Of a stretch of DNA of 64,000 nucleotides, positions 9,521 through 20,500 are shown piece by piece. The stretch spans positions 53,102 through 117,101 of IMG/VR virus record IMGVR_UViG_3300044679_000029. One strand, 5' to 3'. Source of the stretch: an uncultured virus (IMG/VR IMGVR_UViG_3300044679_000029). Its lineage: Duplodnaviria > Heunggongvirae > Uroviricota > Caudoviricetes. Every line of letters begins with the position of its first letter. Position 1 is the first letter of the stretch. Under the pieces are notes generated by a model. It was not told the origin of the DNA and did no database searches. It saw nothing but the letters and a program-made list of their open reading frames with translations. The translations under genes were made by a program, and so were the position numbers.

Positions 9521-9874
9521 TTAACCTGAATACGTGTTTGTTAGGGTGCCGGGGAATGTACCGGCAGCTTCGGTATATAAGTCTACAAGGCTTGCTACCC
9601 GCTGCTGCATGGCTGTGATATTATTTTCTGCGTCTTGAAGATTAGAGAATACTTGGGTTACTGTGGATAGGCGATAATAACCTTGCCCTGGTGTTGGGGA
9701 TGTTGGAAAATTATTTACATCGAATAAAGTTGAAACATGCCAGAACTTATTCGTGGTGTAATCAAACGTAAAGATCTGGGGCGGCATAGAACTATCTGGT
9801 GACGTAGCTGTACTAACTGTTTGATAGCCGCCAGCAATTATCGTATTTACTTGGACTAAAGTAATTTCAGCCAT
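9521..9874 (-). CDS. Putative virion protein, related to the N-terminus of 8394-9518
   Basis: FWHVSTLFD...GQGYYRLSTVTQVF vs FTRVATLSD...GQTYYRTPQMTITF. Confidence 0.55.
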   Translation of the reverse strand: MAEITLVQVNTIIAGGYQTVSTATSPDSSMPPQIFTFDYTTNKFWHVSTLFDVNNFPTSPTPGQGYYRLSTVTQVFSNLQDAENNITAMQQRVASLVDLYTEAAGTFPGTLTNTYSG

Positions 9875-9876
9875 GA

Positions 9877-10998
9877 TTAACTTCCAGAGAGATTATAGCC
9901 AGTGACGCCTAGAAGACTGCCGCCGCCCACGAGCAAAGATTGTGATTCCTGATTGAGTAGCGAACTAACTAGAGACTGGACAGATATAGAGTGTGCTAAA
10001 GCCGAATTAGCGGAACTGTAGTAGCTACAGAAATTCGAGTCTAAGAATATAGTACTGTTGCCATAGTCGCTGCGGGTGATAACAGCGTCAGTAATCGTAT
10101 TAACGCCACCATTCCAGGTTAACTTTGAACCAGTAGCATCCGGGCTTGACCAAACACTAATATCGGTTGGAAATGGGGAAGACGAAGTTATGAACGGAAT
10201 TGAGCTAGATAGGGTTGTTGAGGCTGAAGCGGTGCCTTGAGCAGATAAGTTCATTCCTGATACTGAAGTTGGGGGTGGAATATTTAGAATACAAGATGGA
10301 AAAAAGCTCGCCCCAACACGGCCGCCAACAGGCCCAAATTGCGGTATGATTTGGGTAGCCGGGCTATAGGATAATACATTGAATGTATCCTGATACGAAA
10401 TTATACCGGTCGTCCGTGGCGCTAGTGTTCCCTGATACGCGTAGGGCAGATCTGATGGAGTCCCGATCGAATACGTTACTGTTTGTCCGGTTTCAGTTGG
10501 ACCGAGAGGAAAGTAGTTTGGGGGTGCTAGATTAATAGCATTGGCAAGCGATAGCGAATTTGTCGCGATAGGAATTAGTAGTGGACTACCAGAATTGTAT
10601 GTTCCGTAGCCACCAGTAATTTTAATAAACGCGTTAGTGGGTATAACGAGACTATTTAATGCACCAGCCTGATCAGTAAATTTTGTGGCGTTTAATATTG
10701 AATTCCATGTCGCTGGGTATGTATTAAACTTTATGGATGCTGGTGTTAAACTTGCGGCATACAAATATTGCCACGCTGAAGACGCCATTGCGTTTAGAGG
10801 ATTAGGATTTAGAACATTTAAGTCGTTAGGAGAAGCTATTCGGAGTAGAACTTCTATTGGTCCGTCTACACTTCCAGTCCTTAGAATAACGAAGCTATTG
10901 GCTAAAATAGACGGCGAAGCTATAGGAAGCCAGTCGACAGCAAGTGTCGCTGAATTACTAGTATTCTCTCTGTCCTGAATTAAGGTGGCCGTTGCCAT
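9877..10998 (-). CDS. Putative virion protein
   Basis: Ser/Thr/Pro-rich, low charge; first gene of a minus-strand block with AAGGA RBS. Confidence 0.55.
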   Translation of the reverse strand: MATATLIQDRENTSNSATLAVDWLPIASPSILANSFVILRTGSVDGPIEVLLRIASPNDLNVLNPNPLNAMASSAWQYLYAASLTPASIKFNTYPATWNSILNATKFTDQAGALNSLVIPTNAFIKITGGYGTYNSGSPLLIPIATNSLSLANAINLAPPNYFPLGPTETGQTVTYSIGTPSDLPYAYQGTLAPRTTGIISYQDTFNVLSYSPATQIIPQFGPVGGRVGASFFPSCILNIPPPTSVSGMNLSAQGTASASTTLSSSIPFITSSSPFPTDISVWSSPDATGSKLTWNGGVNTITDAVITRSDYGNSTIFLDSNFCSYYSSANSALAHSISVQSLVSSLLNQESQSLLVGGGSLLGVTGYNLSGS

Positions 10999-11024
10999 TC
11001 GTTTTCCTTATACTAATAATAGCT

Positions 11025-11573
11025 GTGTGCCCTATCCCTCAAAAATCAGTTTATCTTGGTGTAGACCAGAGTCTTAGGTCTACTGGTGTATTCTGGCTAG
11101 GAGAAGGTATAACTGGTTGGTCTAAGATTGAGACAAAGAAGTTGCGTGGTATAGAACGGTTAAAATACATCAAAGATGTACTACTTAAAATTATAACAAA
11201 TGACTTGGATGGCTATATAGTTCAACGAGTTTGTATCGAAGGTTACGCCTATGGCATCCGAGGTGGCCGGGTTTTTGAGTTAGGAGAATTGGGGGGCGTA
11301 CTGAAAATCGCCTTGACAGAGGTATGTTGTAACTCTATAACAGCGGTACCACCTACTTCGCTAAAGAAGTTTACTGGTTTTGGTGGCGCTGAAAAGGAAG
11401 ATGTCGTAAAATTTATCAATAAGGAATTAGGTTTGAGCTTTACTATAAAAGATAACGATATTTGCGATGCTGCTGTTTTATCAATGATTGCAAGAGAATT
11501 AGACGAGACGACTACGAAGTTACGCCATCAGTTAGAAGTCCTTAAGACTATCAAAGATTCAGCCGAGGGATAA
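11025..11573 (+). CDS. ruvC: RuvC-like Holliday junction resolvase
   Basis: LGVDQSLRSTG, CIEG, PTSLKKF, DNDICDA catalytic pattern; start uncertain (GTG 11025). Confidence 0.8.
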   Translation: MCPIPQKSVYLGVDQSLRSTGVFWLGEGITGWSKIETKKLRGIERLKYIKDVLLKIITNDLDGYIVQRVCIEGYAYGIRGGRVFELGELGGVLKIALTEVCCNSITAVPPTSLKKFTGFGGAEKEDVVKFINKELGLSFTIKDNDICDAAVLSMIARELDETTTKLRHQLEVLKTIKDSAEG

Positions 11574-11679
11574 CCGTTACATGACTAAGTTTAGATTTTG
11601 CTCCGTTCACGGATGCAGAGTGATACATTACGCCAAAGACTTGTGTTATAAAGCAAAATATCTAAGGACCGGTCTATAA

Positions 11680-14613
11680 ATGCAAAACATAATGAGCGCG
11701 GCTCAGGAATTTGTATTCACTAGAACATACGCCAGGTGGATTGAAGATAAGAAGCGCCGAGAAACATGGTCTGAAGCGGTAGACAGATATTTCAGTTTTA
11801 TGCAGAAGCACTTTTATGATAAGGTGCCAACAAAAGTTTGGACTAAAACAAAAGAATTAGTCCTGTCGATGGACGTCATGCCCAGCATGCGCGCTTTAGC
11901 CGCTGCTGGACCAGCCCTAGAAAAAAATAATCTTGTTGGCTACAACTGCACAGCCATGGCCTTTAAAGATTTACAGTCTCCGGTCGAGCTTTTTTTTATA
12001 TTAATGTGTGGCTGCGGTGCGGGATTTAGTGTTGAGGAAGAATTTATTTCACAGATGCCGTCTGTAGCAAAATTCACTGGTTATCATCGGGGGACGCACG
12101 TCGTAGGCGATAGTCGTGAAGACTGGTGTTTAGCGCTTAAGGCCGGTTTAGAAGTATGGTTTGCCGGTGAGGATATTGATTTCGATGTCTCACAAGTAAG
12201 GCCTAAAGGCTCTCGATTGATTACCATGGGTGGGAGGGCTAGCGGTCCTGAACCACTACAAAAACTACTGTCATTTGTACGAGATATTGTATTAAAGGCG
12301 CAGGGGCGAAAATTAACAAGCATTGAATGGCTAGACGTAGGAAACATGATTGGGCAGGCTGTTGTGGTCGGTGGAGTAAGACGTTCTAGTGAGATCTCCT
12401 TCTCTGACTTAAATGACGAAGCTATGCGTCATGCTAAAGATTTCCCTATTCCTCCACACCGCTATATGAGCAATAACAGCGCCGTGTATAAAACAAAACC
12501 GGATATGATTACTTTTATTCGTGAGTGGGGAGCACTAGCTTCTAGTGGAAGTGGCGAACGTGGAATATGTAATATAGAGGCCGCTAAAAAAGCTAGCCCG
12601 CGCCGCAATCCGTCAGATGCGCTAAGATTTAACCCTTGTCAGCCCGCCGGCGCCTCGTTGCTAACTCCAGCCGGGATACGAACTATGGGGGAAATGCAAA
12701 TTGGCGATACGGTGTGGTCCGGTAAACGATGGACGAAAATAACTAATAAGGTTGCTACCGGTGTCAAACCCGTTTTTTCCTATCGCACGAAAGCTGGCGT
12801 TTTTGTGGGTACAGAAAACCACAGAGTGGTATCTGCTGGCATTAAAATAATGGCACAAGACGCAGAATCGATTGATATTGCTTGTGGCGAGCTATATAAA
12901 AAAATACTGCCGATCTGCCCAGCAGATGTGATGGACGGATTAGTTGTGGGCGACGGAACAGTACACAGAGCCTCAAACAATCTAGTGCTTCTACTAGTAG
13001 GTGCTAAAGACTTGTCGTGGCTTACAAGTGAGGTAAAAGATTTATTTAAAACTGCCAGGCCCGGCGTGGGGGCGTATGAATACGAAATTAACACGACAAT
13101 TACCGACACAGAACTGCCTAGAACTTATGACCAGCGTGTGCCTCCGCGATTTATTTATGGCAACTTAAATAAAGTATGTGGCTTTCTACGCGGGTTATAC
13201 TCTGCTAACGGATCTATATGCGGCGGCAGAGTTACTCTGAAAGCGTCAAGTCTACAAATAATAACTGACGTGCAATGTATGTTATCTGCGCTTGGCATTA
13301 CTTCGTACTATACAACTAACAAACCGCATAACGTAGAATTCGACAATGGCGTATATACGTGTAAACAAAGCTATGATCTAAATATCACAACTGACCGACG
13401 AAAATTTAATGATCTTATAGGATTTATACAACCAGATAAACAAACTCGGCTAGACGACTGTTGTGAAATAATTCCGTCTGGCAAACGGAAAGAAACATAC
13501 GACATCGTTGATATCGTTGCTCTAGGAGAGGAACCGGTATTTGATATTACTGTTGATGACGACGAACATACATATTGGACTGGAGGTCTACTAGTTTCAA
13601 ACTGCTCGGAGATTATTCTGCGAGCGGATAAAACGCAGGCGTGTAATCTATCCGAAGTAGTTGTTCGTGCTAGCGATAAAATGGATGATCTTACCGAAAA
13701 AGTTAAAGCCGCAACTTGGTTAGGTGCCATGCAGTCGTGTCTAACAAACTTCCCTTTCATGCGCCCAAGTTTTAAAGAGATGTGTGAAGAAGAAAGATTA
13801 TTGGGTGTTAGTCTAACTGGGCAAATGGATAACCCAAAAATGATGACAGCTGAGCGACTAGAAGATTTACGTAATCTAGCTATAAAAACGTGTAGAAAAG
13901 CTAGTAAGGCACTTGATATAAACATGTCCGTCGCTATAACCACAACTAAACCAAGCGGGACCGTATCACAACTAGTAAATTCTGCGTCCGGTGCTCATCC
14001 ACGTTACGCGAAGTATTACATTAGACGCTATCGTATCAGTGGTACGGATCCATTGTTTAAAATGATGCAGGCTCAAGGTATTAAGTTTTCCCCCGAGAAC
14101 GGCGAGCGGCCGGAAGATCTTGAGCAGCGACGTAAAGATCTCATTTCTAAGGGACGAACTGTTGAAGAAGTGCGTGCATTAATCCCGGAATGGAATGCTG
14201 AATCTGTAATGACCTGGGTGGTCTCGTTTCCAGAAGCGGCGCCTAAAAACGCTATAACTAGAGAGCAAGTTACAGCAATAGACCAACTTGAGTGGTATCT
14301 TAAATTAAAGCAAAATTGGGTAGAACATAATTCTAGTATTACTGTTTATGTTCGTGATAATGAGTGGCTAAAAGTTGGCGCTTGGGTATATGACCATTTT
14401 GATGATATCGTAGGTGTTTCATTTCTTCCGTACGATGGTGGAAACTATTCACAAACGCCGTATGAGGAAATAGCCAAGGAACAATACGATAAAATGATCT
14501 CAGAGATGCCGAAGATAGATTACGCCAAATTGGCCGATTTTGAGGTAGAAGATAGTACTACGGGAATCGGCGCCATCGCTTCCTGTACTGGTACATCATG
14601 TGAGCTGAAATAA
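11680..14613 (+). CDS. nrdJ: Class II (B12-dependent) ribonucleotide reductase containing an intein
   Basis: RTYARW, PSMR, YNC, VVGGVRRS, NPC..CSE, CNLSE, TKPSGT, C-terminal CTGTSCELK. Confidence 0.9.
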   Translation: MQNIMSAAQEFVFTRTYARWIEDKKRRETWSEAVDRYFSFMQKHFYDKVPTKVWTKTKELVLSMDVMPSMRALAAAGPALEKNNLVGYNCTAMAFKDLQSPVELFFILMCGCGAGFSVEEEFISQMPSVAKFTGYHRGTHVVGDSREDWCLALKAGLEVWFAGEDIDFDVSQVRPKGSRLITMGGRASGPEPLQKLLSFVRDIVLKAQGRKLTSIEWLDVGNMIGQAVVVGGVRRSSEISFSDLNDEAMRHAKDFPIPPHRYMSNNSAVYKTKPDMITFIREWGALASSGSGERGICNIEAAKKASPRRNPSDALRFNPCQPAGASLLTPAGIRTMGEMQIGDTVWSGKRWTKITNKVATGVKPVFSYRTKAGVFVGTENHRVVSAGIKIMAQDAESIDIACGELYKKILPICPADVMDGLVVGDGTVHRASNNLVLLLVGAKDLSWLTSEVKDLFKTARPGVGAYEYEINTTITDTELPRTYDQRVPPRFIYGNLNKVCGFLRGLYSANGSICGGRVTLKASSLQIITDVQCMLSALGITSYYTTNKPHNVEFDNGVYTCKQSYDLNITTDRRKFNDLIGFIQPDKQTRLDDCCEIIPSGKRKETYDIVDIVALGEEPVFDITVDDDEHTYWTGGLLVSNCSEIILRADKTQACNLSEVVVRASDKMDDLTEKVKAATWLGAMQSCLTNFPFMRPSFKEMCEEERLLGVSLTGQMDNPKMMTAERLEDLRNLAIKTCRKASKALDINMSVAITTTKPSGTVSQLVNSASGAHPRYAKYYIRRYRISGTDPLFKMMQAQGIKFSPENGERPEDLEQRRKDLISKGRTVEEVRALIPEWNAESVMTWVVSFPEAAPKNAITREQVTAIDQLEWYLKLKQNWVEHNSSITVYVRDNEWLKVGAWVYDHFDDIVGVSFLPYDGGNYSQTPYEEIAKEQYDKMISEMPKIDYAKLADFEVEDSTTGIGAIASCTGTSCELK
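12637..13602 (+). mobile_element. Intein (322 aa) with LAGLIDADG homing endonuclease
   Basis: FNP|CQPAGA...TENHRV (block B)...DGLVVGDG...FLRGLYSANG...VFDITV...LLVSN|CSE. Confidence 0.9.
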
Positions 14614-15078
14614 ATGCTCCTCCAACCAGTCCTAGCCCAGGACTTAGTCACATATTTTCAGACTCAGGAACAAACTGCTTTACAAGCAGCGCAAGCCTTC
14701 GCGAATGCGTATGTTAATAACTACGCAAACGCGATGACCTATATCGTTCCTGGGACACTAAATAGTCTAACTAGTATCATCACACAAATCATAGCAGCCG
14801 TACCACCATCACCGATACCCGGAACTTGGGCGTTAGCCGTTGACGCCGCGCTAGTAGCATTTTGGCCGGCAGTATCAGGTATAACTGTTCCGTCAGGAGT
14901 AATAACTCCTACAGCACCTGGAACAGGTGCGACACTGATACTCGGATCATTAACACCTGGGGCATTAGCGGGACTCCCGCCCACAGGACTAGCCCAACTT
15001 TTAGCAACTGCGTTAGACACATATACAAGAACATTCGTAATTTCATTTGACATTGGTGGTACTTCTCCATTAACATAG
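14614..15078 (+). CDS. Hypothetical protein with virion-like composition
   Basis: 154 aa, Ala/Thr/Pro-rich, no Lys; fills the gap between nrdJ and the AAA gene. Confidence 0.55.
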   Translation: MLLQPVLAQDLVTYFQTQEQTALQAAQAFANAYVNNYANAMTYIVPGTLNSLTSIITQIIAAVPPSPIPGTWALAVDAALVAFWPAVSGITVPSGVITPTAPGTGATLILGSLTPGALAGLPPTGLAQLLATALDTYTRTFVISFDIGGTSPLT

Positions 15079-15085
15079 GTAGACA

Positions 15086-16159
15086 ATGCGATTTAAGCCT
15101 ACGTATCTGAACAAAACATATCTTGAAACAGCGCCACTATACCAATTCGTTGAAGAGTGCCAGGCAGTCGGTAAGACAGCTTACATAGTTAGAAAGTTTA
15201 ACTGTATCGATAATAGCCAGTTGGGTAAATTCTCTACAGAACTAAAAGAGAAGTTTGGTGGCAAGACCATCATCGTTGAGTACACTGATGATGATCATGC
15301 TGGCGAGCATATTGAGATCGAAGACGGTTATGTCCATCTTGAGCCAAATTCACGCGAGACTGGTGACCCGAGCTGGATGGCTAGCACCGATAAAATTAAA
15401 GTAGAATGGTTCAGGAACCGGCTAAATGAGATTTCAGCCGAACCCGTAGAGGATAAGTCAAAGTTGTTTTGCCTCGTGAGCAATGGTCAAGGCTTGTATC
15501 TACAGGACTTTAAACTGGACTCTCAGGCGCTAGTTCTGGACAACTATCATGAAAGTGTTTCTCCACAAGTTGATCATCTTTGTTCAGAAATAATTTCTAA
15601 GACTCCGTGCGGGAAGTTGACGATTATCAGCGGAGAACCAGGAACCGGGAAGACATTTCTTATTAAGGGAATTATTTCAAAGATCCCTGAGTGCGTCTTC
15701 GTATTTCTACCGGCTAGTAGCATCGAGAGCATCGCGTCACCACAAATAATTCCGGTGTTCTTCAACTCTGTCCTAAAGGACAAGACTACTGTTCTGATTC
15801 TTGAGGACGCGGATTCATGTTTAGAGAGACGAGACGGAAGTAACACATCACTGGTTAGTACTCTTCTTAACGCTACTGATGGTTTGCTTGGTGATATTCT
15901 TAATCTACGTATCATCGCGACAACGAACGTTCACAAGGCAGATATTGACCCGGCGGTTACTCGTGCTGGCCGTCTATGCCAGTTCATGAATGTCGGTAAG
16001 TTGTCGCCGGAACGCTGTGTTAAAGTGTTCAAGCGGCTGCAACCAGGTAAGCCGGTGCCTGCGTTTAACTCCCCGAAGGTGTTAGCGGAAATATATCGTG
16101 AAATTAAAGGCGCTCCGTCACTGGATCTGCCAGAAGAGGAAACACTAGGATTCAAATGA
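15086..16159 (+). CDS. AAA+ ATPase (single domain, BCS1-like)
   Basis: GEPGTGKT, LILEDAD, LLNATDG, IIATTN, DPAVTRAGR. Confidence 0.85.
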   Translation: MRFKPTYLNKTYLETAPLYQFVEECQAVGKTAYIVRKFNCIDNSQLGKFSTELKEKFGGKTIIVEYTDDDHAGEHIEIEDGYVHLEPNSRETGDPSWMASTDKIKVEWFRNRLNEISAEPVEDKSKLFCLVSNGQGLYLQDFKLDSQALVLDNYHESVSPQVDHLCSEIISKTPCGKLTIISGEPGTGKTFLIKGIISKIPECVFVFLPASSIESIASPQIIPVFFNSVLKDKTTVLILEDADSCLERRDGSNTSLVSTLLNATDGLLGDILNLRIIATTNVHKADIDPAVTRAGRLCQFMNVGKLSPERCVKVFKRLQPGKPVPAFNSPKVLAEIYREIKGAPSLDLPEEETLGFK

Positions 16160-17055
16160 GCTACGAAAAGGAAATTAAGTTGTTAGACCATGGGTACGTA
16201 AAGTACGTATGCCATATGGGGTCAGATACAGCTATCGTGGAGGCAGCCCGTATGTCGACGGGCTCCTCCTCGAAGGGCGATGAGGCAGATAGGAAATTAC
16301 TAGATTTTCTGTTTCGGCATGAGCACACATCCCCCTTTGAAATGGCGGAACTTGTGTTGGAAGTTCAAATGCCAATTTTTGTGTTCCGTGAATGGGATCG
16401 ACATAGAACACAGGAACTTATAGAAACTGAAATACTGGCTATCTCGACTACGGATAACGCATCTCGCATGTTCGTTAGTAAAAACGAATTCTCTGGCCGC
16501 TACTCAGAAATGCCTGCCATCAGCTATCTACCAACAGCAGATCGACTTGGTAAACAAGGCAAGATTAACAAGCAAGGCACAGAGGGTGACTTGGACGACG
16601 TAGTTAAGAAGTCCATACTCGATGATCTTAGATTAGATCAGGAAGATGTTAGATCACATTACGAAATGCATCTAGAATACGGTTTGAGCCGAGAAGTCGC
16701 GAGAATTAATCTTGGATTATCGCAATACACCAAGATGCGAATCAAGGCTAACGTTCTCAACTGGTGTCGCTTTCTAGATAAACGACTACGCAACAACGCT
16801 CAATATGAAATTCGAGTTTACGCGCAGGCTGTTGCACAGATTGTTCAAGAACTATTTCCGTGGACTTGGGCTTCATTTGAAGAACACGCGTACAACGCTG
16901 TAAAGTTTAGTGCGTCTGAAATGAAACTTCTTAAGACGTTGTTAAATAGCGTGAATGAAGAAAAGATCGCGCCAGCAATAAATCATCTAAACTGGCCTAA
17001 GTCACGGGTCGAAGAATTTCTACAGAAGTTGGCACTAAATTCAGAGGATCTATAA
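16156..17055 (+). CDS. thyX: FAD-dependent thymidylate synthase
   Basis: AARMS, HEHTSPFE, REWDRHR, NEFSGRY, EVAR, AQYEIR. Confidence 0.92.
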   Translation: MSYEKEIKLLDHGYVKYVCHMGSDTAIVEAARMSTGSSSKGDEADRKLLDFLFRHEHTSPFEMAELVLEVQMPIFVFREWDRHRTQELIETEILAISTTDNASRMFVSKNEFSGRYSEMPAISYLPTADRLGKQGKINKQGTEGDLDDVVKKSILDDLRLDQEDVRSHYEMHLEYGLSREVARINLGLSQYTKMRIKANVLNWCRFLDKRLRNNAQYEIRVYAQAVAQIVQELFPWTWASFEEHAYNAVKFSASEMKLLKTLLNSVNEEKIAPAINHLNWPKSRVEEFLQKLALNSEDL

Positions 17056-17056
17056 A

Positions 17057-17581
17057 ATGTTAATAGGGGTTGGATATAAAGCGCGCGTGGGTAAGGATGT
17101 AACCGGAGATTATCTTGTCCGGCAATACGGTTATCAGAAAATTGCCTTTGCAGACCCGCTGAAATCAGCGGCTCACTGCATATTTGGTTTCTCAGACGCG
17201 CAATTAAATGGCGCGTATAAAGAAGTAGTTGACCCATTCTGGGGTATCTCGCCACGCGAAGTGCTTCAGAAGTTGGGGACCGACGGGTGTCGTTCTCTTT
17301 TTGGAGATGATATTTGGGTCAAGGCACTTGTACGCCGCCTTGACCCAAACGTTAATACAGTTGTGGTTGACATACGTTTCCCCAACGAAGGAAAAGCCAT
17401 CAAGCAAAATGGTGGGATCTTAATCAATGTCGTTAGAGATAATGGTATACCAGGAACCACCCATTCCCACATTAGCGAATCTGCTATGGATAGTTTTACG
17501 GATTGGGATGGCGTATTGCGGAACAATGGCAGCTTCGCCGATCTGTATAAACAGATTGACGACCTGGTAATGACGTTTTAG
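17057..17581 (+). CDS. Deoxynucleoside monophosphate kinase
   Basis: GYKARVGKD P-loop, FADPLK, PREVLQKLGT, DIRFPNE, HISE. Confidence 0.88.
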   Translation: MLIGVGYKARVGKDVTGDYLVRQYGYQKIAFADPLKSAAHCIFGFSDAQLNGAYKEVVDPFWGISPREVLQKLGTDGCRSLFGDDIWVKALVRRLDPNVNTVVVDIRFPNEGKAIKQNGGILINVVRDNGIPGTTHSHISESAMDSFTDWDGVLRNNGSFADLYKQIDDLVMTF

Positions 17582-20500
17582 ATAATCGTATTTGGTGCTA
17601 GGTACAGGGGGCCACCGGTAGCTAAGTTTGAGGGGGGCAATATAGGCCAAACATAATTAGTCAAATAAGTTATATTATTATCGTCGTAAAAACCTGGAGA
17701 GGCAGTCATGTTACCGGTGATACTAATATTTTCGTCTCCTGATAACGCTAAGGAACTATCGCTACTAAATAGTATTGATACAACAGGCGTACCGGTCGCA
17801 TACGGGGTGGTTATCGCCCCGGTAGAGGCATCAATTATTGCCTGACTATAGTGTGTTGTACCACTCCCAGAATATATGGTTATTGCCGGGCCTGCATTAA
17901 TTACGTTATTAGCCACTAATATATTCTCGCGACTATTAAAGAAACTAACTAAGCCGGTGCAAGTTGCGTCTATATAATTACCACTAAAATTACAAGAACT
18001 CGTTCCTGTAAATGCAGCCACTGTTAGTAATTTATCAGCGGGAATATAGATATAAGAATATCCGACGCTATTCATAAATGAATTATTAACAACAGACACA
18101 CCAGATATATAACACGCTGCCGATGACACAGTCCCGATAAATAATGGCGCGCTTGGTGGTGACGGATAGGTTAGAACCACAGCTTCCGATCCTGTATTAA
18201 AAAAAGAATTTCCGGATATCATTATATTACAAATATTGTTAACTTCATTTGACCACATCCCTAGGATTCCGCCGTTCTGAAAAAGAGAGAACTGATTTCC
18301 TGAAATAGTCGCGGTAATATTATTTGCTCCTGTAACTAAATTACCGCCGAGATACACGCCGGTATGATCAACGCATGGGTAAGTAGTAATAGTATAACCG
18401 CCCAAAGTACCAATAAAATTATTACTAGAAATTGTGATTGTGCCGTCCGAGGCTGATGGTGTGTCGACGAAAACGCCGGCCATTACACCGTAACCAGAAC
18501 CTTGGCTACCGCCTACTAACGACCACACTGGCGCTTCTACTTGAAATACGTTACCGGTGATGGATACATCACCAAGACCATGCCAGTAAACACCACAGGA
18601 CATAATGGCGTACGGATTAGACCCAAGGGTCCATGAACCAGATAAGTTTATTTTTTGACTATTGTATACTGTATTACCAGTGAATGTCGTAAGTCCGCTG
18701 CTATTTAGGTAGCAAAGAGGTGAAGGAGCTGTACCTATAGAGCCGGTAGGGCTGCCATTAGTTTGAGTAGCAACACTAGAAATAGTATTACCTGTAAAAG
18801 TTCCGCCGCCAAGTACTTCGAGTAGATAGCAGTTGGCTTCAATCCAAGTTACACCGCTAGGCGCGCCCCATGAAATATTACTATTAGACACATTGGCTGG
18901 ACACTCTAAAACCACCAGTGAGGGATTTCTAGCACCAGTCGCGCCGTTGGCCGTGTTACTAAGTGTACAGTTTGTAATAGCTATAGATTCACAGGTCGCG
19001 ACTACTGCTGCAGCCTGACGATTTAACTGAATATTGCAATTAGATATAGTTGCAACCGAGTTATCTGAGAGTAACTGAAATATCGGAGTAATAAATGTTT
19101 CAGGTTGCGCGTCGACAAGTTGTACGTTATTTATAAATACTATGGGGGATGTTGCTGAGGTTGAGATAACTGCCCCGCCTACACCATCCTCTAAATAGCA
19201 GTTAGTAAAATAGAGCGAGTTAGAACCGGCTGCGGTATACGCGCTAAGGCAATAGGCTCCGATGTTCGCAAAATGACACTTATCTACAATAGCAGACGCC
19301 ACCAGGGCTGTACCGACTAATATTGCGCCATTGGCAGTGGATGAAGGTGAACTACACACATTCTCAAATGAACAACCGTCGAACACAGTTGCAAAATCAC
19401 ACGCGTCAGAAGAATGGTCCAAACTGGTACCCATCGTAGCTTTGATTGCTACTGCGGCGTCTGTGCTATTCATAAACGTACAATGTACGAACTCTGTTCG
19501 GCAATTACTTTCGTATTCTGAAACCGCTACAGGCGTTGTAAATGTTCCACCGGCAGCGTAGCCATCGAAAGTACAGTATACGAGCCTGCTACTTTGAACT
19601 TGTAGCCAGTGAGTATCTGTGGCTGGCGAAGCGGCTACGAATTGAGATGCTGACGACCCAACGCTATCAACACAGAAAGATACGTTTTCAACAATACAAT
19701 TTCCCAGCGATAGTGTTATATAGTTCGCATTACTGATCGCAATCTCAACCAGATTTTCTGTCGTAGAACTCTGTTTTCCTACGATATGTATATTACTAAG
19801 TACTTTACTAGTAGCTCCACTAGTTGAACCGAATGCTGCGGCACCATTATATACCCATAACTCTTGAACCTGATTAGGGGACAGTGCTGCTATACCGGCC
19901 TTATTTATAGATTCCAAGAACGCAAAAGCATCATCCAGCTTTGAAAAATTCATCTCGGTGCCAGTACCGTCGCCGACCTTAATCGGTTGTCCGGTACCCA
20001 TGGACCAGCCATTAGCACAAACAGACCCAGATGTTCCTGTTTGGCCTGGGCCATAATAATTTGTGCCGTTCCAATATCCAATATACACATCTTGATTTGG
20101 ATTAAACGACGCAGCCTCTCGAAGAAACATTGTGCCGTCATGAAACACAATCGTTCCTGCTGGTGTAGAACTTGGTGTGAGTGTCAACGGTGATGGTGTG
20201 ACTACGCTATAATATGTTCCCTGAATAAATGCGCTAAGTGGTGTAGTGCAGGTCAACGTTGGACTTGTATACTGCACTGCGCCCTGTGTAAAGTAGTTAC
20301 CTATATTCTGAACTGCCTCGAACGTTGTCAGCGCGTTTTCGCAAACACCATTATAGACATCAGTTAAAGTTGCCTGAAGAGCGCCGGGAGGGATGTTTCC
20401 GAGTACGGGTGGTGATGTCGGATCAGTAAGTTGCGCGACACCAATCGTAGCTGCAATTAATCCATTAATATCTGCAGCAAGATCCTGTATCTGTTCGTAG

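Noticed and set aside
11574-11679. Cobalamin riboswitch upstream of nrdJ
   Set aside because: The region is about 100 nt with only a small hairpin and no recognisable B12 box.
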